From positions 8,889,957 to 8,953,956 of the forward strand of contig MU053881.1 of assembly GCA_013239625.1 (NCBI GenBank): a DNA stretch of 64,000 nucleotides, in the 5' to 3' direction. The DNA comes from Lama guanicoe. Taxonomy: Eukaryota. Positions 38,254-50,189 of the stretch are shown here, in pieces (positions within the stretch are counted from its first letter, which is position 1; each line of letters begins with the position of its first letter). The position numbers and the translations under genes are program-made. The notes below the pieces were generated by a model. It did no database searches. It had not been told where the DNA came from and was given only the letters and a program-made list of their open reading frames with translations.

Positions 38254-39602
38254 CTCGAGTTGCTCCTTAATGGTGCATGGTACTGTTACTGCTGTTTCTC
38301 GGATTCTGGTGTTTCCTGCCTCCTGATTGTATACGTTGTTACTCTCTGTCTCCTTCAAAACCATGTTCTCTTGTGAGACTCCGCACTTCTTGGAGGCTTA
38401 ATGAGGCTTCTCTATTGTTAGCTGATTTATCAGGAACTCAGGGAACGTGAGGGTGGGGAGAGGAAGGAGGGAGAAGAGAGAAGATGCTCTGGGATGCTCT
38501 GAACACACATAGTTTGTATCAAGTTCATTCTTAGGTGTGCAGAATTCATCAGAGAGCGACGTGCAGTTACAGCAGAACCTGTATGGGAGAAACACGCCCG
38601 CCTTTCTTTAGTCCCTCCCATCACTTCTCTCCTGTGATATATATATTTTTAAAGTGTCACTATTAGACCCACAGGTCACATGACAGGGTGGGATTCCAAA
38701 GCTGTTTGTTGGCCTGGCATGAAAGTCAGGGTCCACACTCTGCTTTTTCCACTCTGATGTCTCTTCAGAAAAGAAGTTAAGCCTTTCTTTCTTTGCAGTC
38801 AGACTCTGAGATTCAAATGCTTACCTACGGTGCCACTAAGCTCTTCCTTATGGACAAGGGAGTCATTGGGTTTACCTTGAACAAGGACATCTTGGAAATC
38901 ATGTAGGTAATTCAATCTCTTCCCCAAGCCTGGAAAATTTTCTTATCATTAAAAACAAGTATTCTTTCTCTAAAAGAAACTATAAACATTGCATGTGATT
39001 GTTGCTAATAAAGGGCTTCACATGTTTTTTCGGTCTTTTCAATATCATGGAAATTAGGCTGTCATCCTGGAGATGATAGTGTCACAGTCACCTTATAGTC
39101 TGGTCTCAATTCTTTAAAACACATGTGCTCACACACACAATCTTTCATTTCTAAAATAAAAGTTAGTTTAAAAAATCCGTATCTCAGGTTCTATCTAACC
39201 TCTTCCTTTTTCTCCTCCAAAAGCAATGAGGCCTCGGTTTTCAATGCTAATAAATGTTATCTGACAGGGCCACCGATTTACCGCTCGGCACCCTTTTTAA
39301 TTATGGATGTATGAAGGAAAATTTCACTGAGGAAAACAATAAATCACCAGTGAAATTATTTGTTAGTCGAATGAGCTGAATAAACAGTTGGCTTCGGGGC
39401 AGAGATTCGCCTGGCAACTTCTAAGACATCCCATATTTTTCCTTTCTATTTCCACGTAAAAGCAGGACTGGGGCTGCAGGAAGCAGCTGGGAATGTAAAT
39501 GGGGCTGAGAAGCGGAGGAAACGGACGAACACCGGCCCCACGGATGTCCTGAGTGTTGAATAAAAAAACTTTGGTCAAGTTTTAATGATAATGAAGACCA
39601 TA

Positions 39603-40009
39603 CAGGCCCACCTCATTTTACTGTCCTTCATACACACTGTGTTGTGCACAAGTTGAAGGTTTGTGGTCACCCTGCATGGAGCAGGTCTATTGGCGACAGG
39701 AGCATTTGCTCACTTCCTGTCTCTGTGTCTCCTTTTGGTGGTTGGCACCATATTTCAAATCCCCCACCAGCAGAAAGACTTCAGCTCATACTGAAGGCTC
39801 AGATGATGGCTTACAGTTTCTAGCAATAAAGTATTTTTAAATTGAGGTATGTACATTATTTTTTAAAGACATCATGCTATTGCACACTTACTAGATGACA
39901 GTGTGAACATATCTTTTATATGCACTGGGAAACCAAAAAAAAAAATCATGTGGCTCACTAGATTGTGATGGTTTGGAACCAAACTCGCAGTATCTCTGAG
40001 GCATGCCTG
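39603..40009 (+). mobile_element. Tigger1 internally deleted derivative (Tigger1a-like)
   Basis: TIRs caggcccacctc / gaggcatgcctg; TA at 39601-39602 and TG at 40010-40011; 'ccaccagcagaaaga...tgaaggctcagatgat...tagcaataaagtatttttaa'. Confidence 0.9.
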
Positions 40010-40280
40010 TGCTCAGGGGTACTTACTAACAGCGTACTATACGCCTACATCAATTAGAATTCATTTAATTCTAACAAGAGCCCAATTTCCCTACACTCCC
40101 AACAACAACAAACAATAAGGACAGTATCATCTTTAAGCTACAAAGTGGCAAACCCAGAATTCAGTTTCTGACTCTCCATCTTAAGCTCTCAGCCATCAAA
40201 TGTCTATAAATTTCCTCAAAGGAATCACACTTTCTTAAAGAAGTCCTCCTGCATTATTTACACTTCAAAAAAATAAAGAG

Positions 40281-40590
40281 AACTCATCTACAAAACAGAA
40301 ACAGACTTGCAGGCATAGTAAACAATCCTACGGTTACCGGGGAAAGAGGGTGGGAAGGGATAAATTTGGGAGTTTGAGATCTGCAAACGTTAGCCACTAC
40401 ATATAAAGACAGATTTTAAAAAGTTTCTGCTGTATAGCACAGGGAACAATGTTCAGCATCTTATAACCTTTAATGAAAAAGAATATGAAAATAAATATAT
40501 GTATGTATATGCATGACTAGGACATTGTGCTGTACACCAGAAATTGACACGTTCTAATCGACTACAATTCAACTAAAAAAAGAAAGAAAG
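40281..40590 (+). mobile_element. Young camelid-type L1 3' end (~300 bp) with a (GAAA)n tail
   Basis: 'aactcatctacaaaacagaaacagact...gggataaatttgggagtttgagat...tgtatagcacagggaac...gcatgactaggacattgtgctgtacaccagaaattgacac'; TSD-like aaaaaaataaagag/aaagaaagaaagag. Confidence 0.92.
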
Positions 40591-41739
40591 AAAGAAAGAG
40601 CTCAAGCTAGTGCATGAAACCCTAGGTTCATGTTACCTGAAACCTATATGACGTGCTCTCTCTGCCTAGGTGAGGAAGATTTTCCAGTACCTCCTCCCAA
40701 AAACGAAGTTTGAAACAAAGTATGCAAAAACAGGCTGAGATGGGAATCATAGAAAAATGGGCTATCACTGGAGTTTCTTAGGGAAACGTGAGAGTAATAA
40801 GAGTAATAAGACTGTTAGTTTCCATTTGAAAGCACAGAATGGAGCAGGACTGATAACTAACTTGCTATTTTTATAATAAATGTCTGCCTCAGAGTCACCA
40901 GCAGCCCCTGAGCCCTGGAAGCTTCCATGCAGGAACTAGTTTAGCACCCTTCCTTGACGTCCCTGGAGAACTTGCCCGAAAATTTATGAAGAATCATGGC
41001 CACGTGGAACGCATTTGTACAAACAGTACTGACAGTTTTCCAGCAGGGACGGATGCTTCAGTTTTGGACCTCCTCCCACTCCAGCAGATGGGCTGCCTGG
41101 AGTGAATCTCATAAAGATCTCAGCCGGAACCTTTGTTTAAAGGTACTTAAATGGACCCTGGAGCTCCCAACTTTGGAAACAGATTTGTGTCCAGTCATCA
41201 GATATGCACATTGGAATTGGTGACTATTTCTGTGGCTCCTCTTGCACCATTAAGCTCGAGAGTCCTCATTTTTACATGGATTAGACATGGTTTTATGTGG
41301 GACCCTACAAATTTGCACGGGGAGAAGTGCCTGTCATTTACCATTGTAGACTAGTGGCTCAAGTGTACACTTCTGATGGGCATTTCCTGTTTCCTGCAAT
41401 ACTAAATCAGGTCCAGGTTCCCAGAGGGCTTCACTGGGACTGGTCGGGGGAACCAAGACGGAAATCAAGGGTCCCCGAGAGGCAGAAGACAGAGGCCCTG
41501 GATACAGTTTTGTTTACGGCTTCACACGTTGTATTGAGGGACGAGTGATCCTCTCCCAGCTACCGCAAGGCGTAAAAGCAGGACGAGGTGGAAAGACTCA
41601 ACCCTCCTTCAGGTGGAACTGGAACCAGTTGTGTATTCTGGGCTGTAGTCCATTGTTTTTGGGCACTGGCTACCTCGTGACACTGGGGCAGCACTATCTC
41701 CAGAGGTTTCATAGAGGATAAAGAAGTTAAAATCTGGAC

Positions 41740-42380
41740 TTCGTCAATAAGAAAAAACACATACATCCCAACAGAAAAATGGTCAGGGTAGGGGTAAACA
41801 GGGAGTTCTCAAATGCACCTCCATGAACACATTGAGAATTAGATGGTTAACTTCACTCCTGATCAGATAAATGCGACTTTCAAAAATGATGGGATACTAA
41901 TTTTTTTTTAAGTTAGCAGCTGGACCAATCTTTTAATAAATGTTAAGATCTAATCCCAGGAAAAGCATAGGAAATTCAGCACTCTTGTGGACTGAAGGGA
42001 GCGTCTGTATTGAAATAATGCTTTTTGCAGGGTGATTCAAGGGTATATTCAACTACTTCAAGAAAACGTCCTAGCATTTATCAGAGACATATATGAAATG
42101 CACATCCTTTTTTTTGTAACGGTAAAAACTGAGAAACTAAATACCCAACAGGAGTGGAATGCTTTGAAAACCAATAGTGAATCCATATGTCGGACCATAT
42201 GTAGTCCTTAAAAGTAATATCCTAGAAGAATATTAAATCGTGTGAGAAAATATAAATATTATTATACATAATATGTGTGCTTATGCAAAAATATACTATA
42301 AACTAGTAGGATTATAGTTAATTTTCTTCTTTATATTTTTCTCTTTAATCAACCTTAAAAAATGAGCATAAAGTGCCTCT
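41740..42380 (+). mobile_element. Old L1 (L1ME-like) ORF2-end/3' UTR fragment
   Basis: 'tcaataagaaaaaac...cccaacagaaaaatgg...ttcactcctgatcagataaatgc...aaatacccaacagga'; very diverged. Confidence 0.65.
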
Positions 42381-43194
42381 GCAGTTAATATGCATGCTAT
42401 TGTACATATATTAAGCTATGTATGTATTTTCCTGGGAATTCTGCCCTTTCCTGATGTCACAGATTTAGTTACACCACAAATCCTATAGGAAACGGGCAGG
42501 ATGCGGTCTTCTCTTCTTCCAGAATATTCACACTTACATCGCACAACAGATAAAGTATTGATGTGAAAGTCCTGATGAAAACTGCAGAAAGTGTGACTTT
42601 TTTTTTTTTTTTTTGGTGAGGTAGCTACAAAGCAAAGTGGACAAACTCAGTGATGCTGAAGTCTAGAAACGGCCCATCCCGCAGCTGGGGGGGGGGTCCT
42701 TAAAAAGATGTCACACTTGTCACCGTGACTGCCCCCTCACTGTGACAATCCACAAGGTCCTCATAGTGTCCCCAAGTGGTCTTTGAGTTTCCCGTGTGAG
42801 TTCTCGGTGTGGGGCTGGGGGAGGCCTGGTCTGAAAGCCTTTGGTGAACGGGACTGTTTGTTAACTCCAAGAGACAATTATGAAGGGCAATTAAAAATTC
42901 AAATTATGTTAATAGGCCAGAGAAAAATGACTGTTTGCAGAAATCAGTAGCAATTACCAGACATAATGGCTCCCAATTAGGCTGGAGGGGATTTTCAGTC
43001 ATTCATAATTCACTATCTTAAATGTATCATAAAAAAGTAATTGTCACTTGTTAATAAAACGTACTTAAAAACAACGGGGCTGTCTTGTGTCGAAAGTAAC
43101 TCCTTCTCTCTCCCGCGTCGGTTTTTAAAAAAGGTACTTACTTAATTAAAAAGTGTAGTAGAGGCTGGTTGCAAACAAAATCAAACAATGATGA

Positions 43195-43305
43195 TATGAA
43201 AACAAATATATGTATGTATAAGTGTGACCGGGACACTGTGCTGCACACCAGAAATTCACACATTGTAACGGACTGTACTTCAATTTAAAAAAACAAAAAC
43301 AAAAA
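43195..43305 (+). mobile_element. Young camelid-type L1 3' end (~100 bp)
   Basis: 'tatgaaaacaaatatatgtatgtata...gggacactgtgctgcacaccagaaattcacacattgtaacggactgtacttcaattt' plus A-rich tail; TSD core caatgatga (43186-43194) / cagtgatga (43312-43320). Confidence 0.88.
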
Positions 43306-44104
43306 AACCCCCAGTGATGAACGTGTTTAAAATAAAAAGCCCTTCCCAGCCTTCCACTTGCGCTTCCCAGGGGTAACAACCGTTTTCTCAATTCAGCGAG
43401 TCTTCCTCCTCCCAACCTTTCCCGCTCCCATTAAAAACAGCGGAAGGGGGGTGGGGGAGACTGTCCAAGGAATACGTTGTATTGATATTTTTTAGTCAAT
43501 TAAAGGTGAAAACATAAAAACATTATCTTGCTGCCTCTGTCATGATGATTTTTCTCCCAAGCTTTCTGACCATTTTTATGTTACCTGCATTCTATTACCC
43601 CTAGGAATGCAGTCAGCATCCATGCATGTCCTTACAACTCAATTCCCAGGCAATGCAGTTTGCTGTATAAATTGCATTGCATAGGGGATATGATTCAAGG
43701 ACTCTGACCGGTTAGTTCTGAGCTTTATTTTTGCTTCTTCAGGGTGAGCCAAAAAGGACTAAAAGAAGCGAGAGAGAAGGGGAAGGGGCAGAGGGTAACT
43801 CTTAAATAAAGGATTGGAAGGATGGGTTTTTCTCTTGCTGAGTACTCAACCGGCAATGCCTCTTTTGTCTTCTGCTGTGGATCATGCTAAAGGAGTCACA
43901 GCGGCAGTCTCGATGTTCTTGCCTCATCAGCGAAACTTTGCTACAACTTCAAGTCCCAAATTGCAGCTCTGCATCCGACAGTAAGACTGAAGCCAAGGCA
44001 AGAATGAGCCTTCCCTGTCCCCACGCAACGACAGCCTTACCCTGGTGAGTCAGAGTTGAGCAATATATTTCCAGAAACTTCTCTAAAAGGAAGCTCGAGG
44101 ATGC

Positions 44105-44300
44105 CCTGAGCCAGGCGTTTTTACAGACGTGACCCTATTCCATGTTCACCACCTCCCCGTGAAGTGGGCATTTTTATAACTCCACGTTGCAGGTGAAGGC
44201 ACTGAGCAGTCAGCGAAGGTCCACTCCATGCAAATGACACTGAGTAAGGGGCAGTGCTGGCCTCTGAGCCCAGATATTTCTTGGTCCAAAGTCTACATAC
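44105..44300 (-). mobile_element. Degenerate MIR
   Basis: 'cccgtgaagtgggcatt...gcaggtgaaggcactgag...gtaaggggcagtgctggcctctgagcccag'. Confidence 0.6.
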
Positions 44301-44709
44301 ATTCCCCGCGAACACACCGTCTCTTACAATTGTACAGACACGACGCACAGCTATGGGATGTCACGGTTGGTGACATCTCAGTGTGTGACTGCCCTATATT
44401 TCTTCCTTTCGTGGAAGCGATACTGTCCACTACACTGACCAGTAAACCATCTCGTGGCTATTTAAGAACATGACATCAGCGACACAGACACAAGTGGTCC
44501 CCATTTAGAACATTTCTCAAAAGTACTTGGAGCAGTGAAGGCCGCCTGAGCTCGCTTTGAAACAGTCACCAGGAGAGAAAGAACGGATCTACGGTGTCTC
44601 ATCACATGGAGTCTTACAGGTAGGTGCACCCTCCGAGGGAGCAGGGAGCTCTCCATCACGGGCATTCAGGACATGCCTTTCACGTGGAGGTCTACGCATG
44701 GCGGGCTGC

Positions 44710-44996
44710 TCCCTGTCATTCTCATTTCAAAGTTTACCTTCCCAGAAATGTTTTCCCTTCCACTCTCTAAAGCAGAGACAGTAAAGTACCAATTACTCTC
44801 TATCACACCCCCTTATTTCACAGTTTTCAAACATTATTCACTCTCCACTATTTTTTTAATTGGTTTACCTATTTATGTCCATTTCCACTTACTGGAATGC
44901 CGACTTTAGGAAAGTAAGGTCTTTGTCTGATGTGTTTAGGACTGTATCCCCAACCCAGTGCCAGGCACGCAGAAATAGTTGCTGAGTGAATGAATA
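44710..44996 (+). mobile_element. L2a-like 3' end
   Basis: 'actggaatg...ctttgtctg...ctgtatccccaacccagtgccaggcacgcagaaatagttgctgagtgaatgaat'. Confidence 0.85.
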
Positions 44997-45739
44997 CGGT
45001 CTATAAAATCAAGCACCCGTTTTCATGAACGGTTCAGGGATGGGCTTCTAGACACGGAACTTTCAACTGTAAGAGTCCGAGGAAATAAGAGCAATGAGGT
45101 CATTGGCAAGATATCCCCTGGAGGTGGTGGCCGTCATGGAAACAGAACTGGGATAAATGACAGGGATCTGGAAGGGAGGGGGGAAATAGGGAGGCTTCTT
45201 TTCCCTGAGGGTGACCTTACTGAGGCTGACTAAGGATTTCAGCATCTCCAAGTGGCAAAAAGAAGCATCACCATTTCTTCAAGTGGTGACAGACTGGCTG
45301 GTCCCCACACATAGCACATCTGCAGTGGGGTTGGGGCTCCACTTCTGGAGTGGAGTGCTTTCTCCTCATTAGCGATGTTTCTATGCTGCCAACTTGAGGC
45401 TGCTGATCAGGTAAAAGCTGAGATAAGACTCGGGTCAATCAGTCAACATGAGGAGATGAACTACTGGACGCACACCATGTGACTTTCATCATTAGAACTT
45501 GCTGTGGGATGGATCTGACTGCCAGCGCTCCACACTCCTGGACCGATCTGCATTCATACGTTGCGTGTGCTTCTGTTTTCCTTTTGATTTGGAAGACGGA
45601 GGATGTTTTCACCACTAAGGGACACACTTCTGGCTAAGCCTTAAGGGCTTTGGCTGTTTGATTCTATTACCTATCTGCATTGTTCTCTCTTGTACAAATG
45701 CTTTACCCTGACTTACAACATAAAAGTGATTAATCTTAT

Positions 45740-46375
45740 TTCTATATTTTAAAAAATTTTCAATGAGCTTTGGGAATCAATTTTAAAATGAAATATTTAA
45801 AAGGAACCGATTTCGTTAACATTACCATAAAAACGATAAATGCTTAATGAAAACGGAACTAATAAAGACTTGTACAAAATAAAGAGTGAAAATTTGTGTT
45901 TCTGATTCCTAACACTCTCGCTTCATTTACTCCTTCTTCCCCTAGTCAACCCCACTTCCTAGATATAACCTCTCGGAATGGTTTGTTATGTCCAGCGGTG
46001 TGCTGATAAAAGCTTAACAACTGGCTTTCGAGAAAAAAAGACTCAGATTTGTAACATTTGCTTCTTCCTGTGGAATAAATACTCTCACCATGTGCAACTT
46101 TAAGCCAGGGCTATGATGGAATCGGGAAAGGTGTTCACACAATGGCGCTACAAGACAGTGCAAGCCAGCTCCAGCCCACCACTGTGCGCTCCTTCCAAAG
46201 CGTCTACCTTTCTTTCCCTCCCATCCTCTCTCCTTTCCCTCCTTTTTTCCATCCTTCCCTTCCTTCCATCCATCCATATATACTCGTACATGAACAGACA
46301 TACATGAATCAATGTCTTACATAAACACGGTGCATTTCACTCTGCAATTTTCTGTTTTTCACCTGGTATACTGCA
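45740..46375 (-). mobile_element. Old L1 3' UTR fragment interrupted by MER63
   Basis: 'cccacttcctagatataacc...tggtttg' continues as 'cttcca...' after the MITE; low similarity. Confidence 0.4.
45993..46184 (-). mobile_element. MER63A-like hAT-Blackjack MITE
   Basis: TIRs cagcggtgtgctg / cagcccaccactg; internal 'ttaacaactggct...gatttgtaacatttgc...taaatactctcaccatg'. Confidence 0.85.
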
Positions 46376-47841
46376 GTTCTGTATTTTGACAATTTCTTGA
46401 CACTCCTTGTAGCTGGCAACGCTCTGTGCTAGCTCAACAGCAAAGCTGAGAATCGCTCGGTCTACGGACGAGCCTGTGAGCATGCGCGTCTGCCCCCACA
46501 CGCGCTGCCGTCTATCTGTTGTAAAAGGGAGCAATTCATCACTGGGCAGCAGGTTCTGCTCAGATGGTTTATTGTCCTGACCTCATTAAAAGCATGTAAT
46601 CCACACAGCGCCGTAAATCTATGCCTCTAAATACTTTCCTCTTTAATTTTTTAATACTGCACACACGAAGGGAAAGGTTAAAGCCAATTAAAAGAGATAC
46701 AAATACCATTATTACTGCCCTGACAAACAGTTAGTTATTGAATTTGGTCGTTTCGTTTTAGAAAGCCATTATTTTTGTTCCTGAATGAATTAGTAATCAA
46801 GCTGTTTATTGACTTGTCTGATCTCTGAGATGCTAAATATTTTTTGGGGTCCATTCTCTCTCTCAATTGGCATCACTCCTACATGCATAAAAATTATAGA
46901 CAACTTAAGGTCTATGTGCAGACAATAAGAGCACAGCTGCATGTGGAAAGCCACATATGGACGGACCATCCTTTTCACGGTGGTCCAGGAAGGAGAGAGC
47001 CCCTCCACTCATTCTCATGCAGCAGATAGTTGTTACTGTTGCTGCCTTTGCTTTCTCCTCCCATTAAGCCTATTACATGATACTGACAGATGCTTAAAAG
47101 CATTTAGAGCTGAAAGAACTGTTAGGAAAATTGCTGCAGAAGGATTGACAAACGATGATCTTTCTGTCCACAAGGTTCTTATTTCCTGTGCAAAATGGAC
47201 CCAGAGAATAGCAGAAAAGAGGTAGAATCATTAATCTAGGAACTTGGTGTTGTTTTCTGACAGGAGTTCACATTTTCCATCGCATCTGGCCGAAAACGTG
47301 ACTCTTGCTTATGAAGAGGCTGCAGCCATGCCACTGCTTCAGGCTTCCTCCTGAGGCCCCTGCTCTCCGGCCTGTCTCTTTCACTGCTCTGGGAACAGGA
47401 GGTAGGCTCTGCAGGACCTGAGATGACCTGAGGATGTGCAGGCAAGGACCTGAAATCTGACTATCTTGTTCATATCATCGTCCACCTGCAGTCTTTTGTG
47501 AGAATCGATGCTGACCACTGTTGCAGAAAAAACTCATCTTCACACCCTCACATCCATGAGAATTTATACGACTCACAATTCCGATCATTTTTCTTAATAT
47601 TCCTACTCATGAGAGGTCAAAGTCAGGTACTTAAAACAAAACAAAACAAACAAAAAAACCTTCCAGAACACCACAGAGCTACACTTCCAAAGGAGAGAAC
47701 GGAAGCACACACGTTCATAAGGAAACTCTAAACCCAGAGCAAGACAGAGGAGGAGAAAATCTTTTAAAATTAAGGCGATCAAGACCTGGAAACAGTAGCA
47801 TGTACTTTCTGTATCATCTGCCTTCTGGAAAGGCTACAACA

Positions 47842-48023
47842 GCGTGGTTCTCAAAGTGGGCTCCCGGACCAGCAGCGCCCCCACCACCTGACAACTCGAG
47901 AGAAATGGCCATTTGAGGACCCACCAATACACACTGAATTAGAATCTCAGGTTGGGGCCCATCAAGCTGTTTTAACAAGCCCTCTGGGGCATTCCAATGC
48001 CCACTCAAGTTTAAGAATCCTTG
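47842..48023 (+). mobile_element. MER5A hAT-Charlie MITE
   Basis: 'gtggttctcaaagtgggctcccggaccagcagc...actgaattagaatctc...tggggccc...tgttttaacaagccctc...aagtttaagaatccttg' followed by ttctagag. Confidence 0.9.
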
Positions 48024-48129
48024 TTCTAGAGGATACAGTTTTCTTAGCTGCTTCTTTGAGTCTGTCCCAGCAGCCAGTCAAACTTCTGAACACGAGCCGA
48101 CCGCTCCCTCCGCTGCCACCACCTCTTCC

Positions 48130-48302
48130 CCTGATTTGTTTACACGGCCTGCTCTCCTACCGGGCTGTAAGCTCCTCGAGCCGAGAGGCTGTATCTGATT
48201 CACTTCTTTGTTCTCAGTACCCAGCCAGGGGCCTAGACCAGAGCAGGGGCCTAGGATATTAATTACAAGATAAAAATGGCCAGATAAAGCCCAATGAATG
48301 GA
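48130..48302 (+). mobile_element. L2 3' end
   Basis: 'ggctgtaagctcctcgag...tgtatctgattcac...ttctcagtacccagc...aatgaatg'. Confidence 0.7.
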
Positions 48303-48944
48303 AAAGAAACACTGAGAAGTACACAATTTCATTCAAGTTGTTAGTTCCATCCTGATAAATGAGACCCATGTCTAAGTAAGAATGACTTCAGCGTCCTTGG
48401 AAAAAAGAAAGAAAGAAAGAAGGAAGAAACAATGGTCAAAGAAATATTCTCAAGCAACGTCTAACGGGTTCACTGTTTATTCTCTCGAGGAAAGCCGGAA
48501 CTATAGCCTCTTATAAAGCACGTTGACAATCCAGTTGGTTCTGAATACTCCTAAGATGGTTTCCCATTCAGACAGGTCCCATCTGCCCATGGGACAGCAG
48601 GCATTCTCAGACTGAAAGCTGTCTGAATGCAGCCAGTAATAAACCACAGGAGCTGCCGGGTCCAGCCCAGTGGGTTAAGGATGTCAAGCTCCCTGGAACT
48701 CCAGTCTCCCAGTATGCAGGAGGAGGGAGGGGAGCTCTTGGAAAGGAGAGATGCCCTGAACCATTCCGGTTGCCTCTCCACGAGGAAATGAAGGACTTGG
48801 AGTATGGGTCTCCAGCCTGTGCGGCCTGCATCCACTCTGAAGGCGTCCAGATTAACCTGTATTTTCTACCATGCGATTTACCATGGCATTACATGCAAGC
48901 TGGTCAAGGCCTGCTTTATGGAAATGTCCCATGCCTGCCTCTAT

Positions 48945-49188
48945 GCAGCTACAGCGTCAGATCACCTGGGTTCTAATCCAGGCTCCAGTACTTCCTGGCT
49001 TCTTTAGCTTTTCTGAGCCTCAGTTTCCTCATCTGTAAAATGGGGACAATTGTGATCTTTGAGGATTAACTATATAAAATATGTAATAAATATATAAAAC
49101 ATACATGTATAGGTGTGCATATATTATATATAATTAGTCAGGTTTCAGACACATATAAGAGCTTAATAAATGTTAGCTATTATGATTA
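48945..49188 (+). mobile_element. MIR SINE with an internal AT-rich expansion
   Basis: 'gtcagatcacctgggttctaatcc...tctgagcctcagtttcctcatctgtaaaatgggga...aataaatgttagctattat'. Confidence 0.9.
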
Positions 49189-49216
49189 ACTAATACCATT
49201 ATGCGCTGTGTGCTAC

Positions 49217-49411
49217 CAGGGCCTCTTAAACTGGAATCCAGGGGCCTCTAGAGATCCCTGAAATGGACAAAAATGTGTCCATAAGCTCCCTGAAATAATT
49301 TGCAAAATGTTCCACGTTCGTCCGCATTCCTCTTCTCTGGGCATATCACCCCAAAGTTTAACCACATTCTCGATGTGATCCATGGGCTTTCTACATGGTC
49401 AAAAATCACGG
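49217..49411. mobile_element. hAT-Charlie MITE (MER117-like)
   Basis: Ends cagggcctcttaaactgg / ggtcaaaaatcacgg; internal 'ccctgaaataatttgcaaaat...ttctctggg...acattctc'. Confidence 0.6.
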
Positions 49412-50189
49412 TGTTGGGGATTTTAGGAGCCAGATGATGTCTCCAACATGCGGGCAAACCAGGAGAATGAGACAGTTTCTTAAAGGCTGCTGTCTTCTTC
49501 TAGCCATGATGTGTAGCTCTGGGATCTCCGTTTTTAATTCCACCTCACGTGTGTTTGTTTTTCTTCTTCTCCTTCATAACAGGAAATTGCATTTCAAATA
49601 CCCTCCACCATGAGGAGAGGAAGACAGTTAATTTTCACCTCCAACACCCCCAAGACTTAAGAAAATAAGAGAAGCTTCAATCCACTGCTCCCAGTCTGCC
49701 AAGAGCAATGCTCTCCACAGCAGCCAAAGTCAGCCCTGAAGGCTCTTCTGTTTCTGGTGGTTTCTCTTGATGCTATCAGCCTCGCTGACTATGTAAGCAG
49801 AGCAGATGTGCAGAAACAACACTGGACCATGAACCAAGAGCACTAGGGTGTGTCCTTGAACCCTGTCCTAACCGCCTCCCTACCTTGAGCACGTTCAAGG
49901 TTCTCTGATTCCTCATCCATCAAATCGGAGTTATCTTCCTTCATTGATCCCCAACCTTTTATGTATCAGGATCCAGATTTAATTCAGAAATGGTTATACT
50001 AGGCTGCCATTTTTATATCAATGGACTAAGAAAAGACTGAATCACAAAAGAACATTACCTTCTCTTTCTGAATATTTGAAAAATACTTTTTTCACCTTTT
50101 TATCAATCTATCTGGATAGACAGATAGATGGAAAATATCATTTATCTGGCCTACAGACAGGAAATGGTGAACGTATGAGTTCAAGGACC

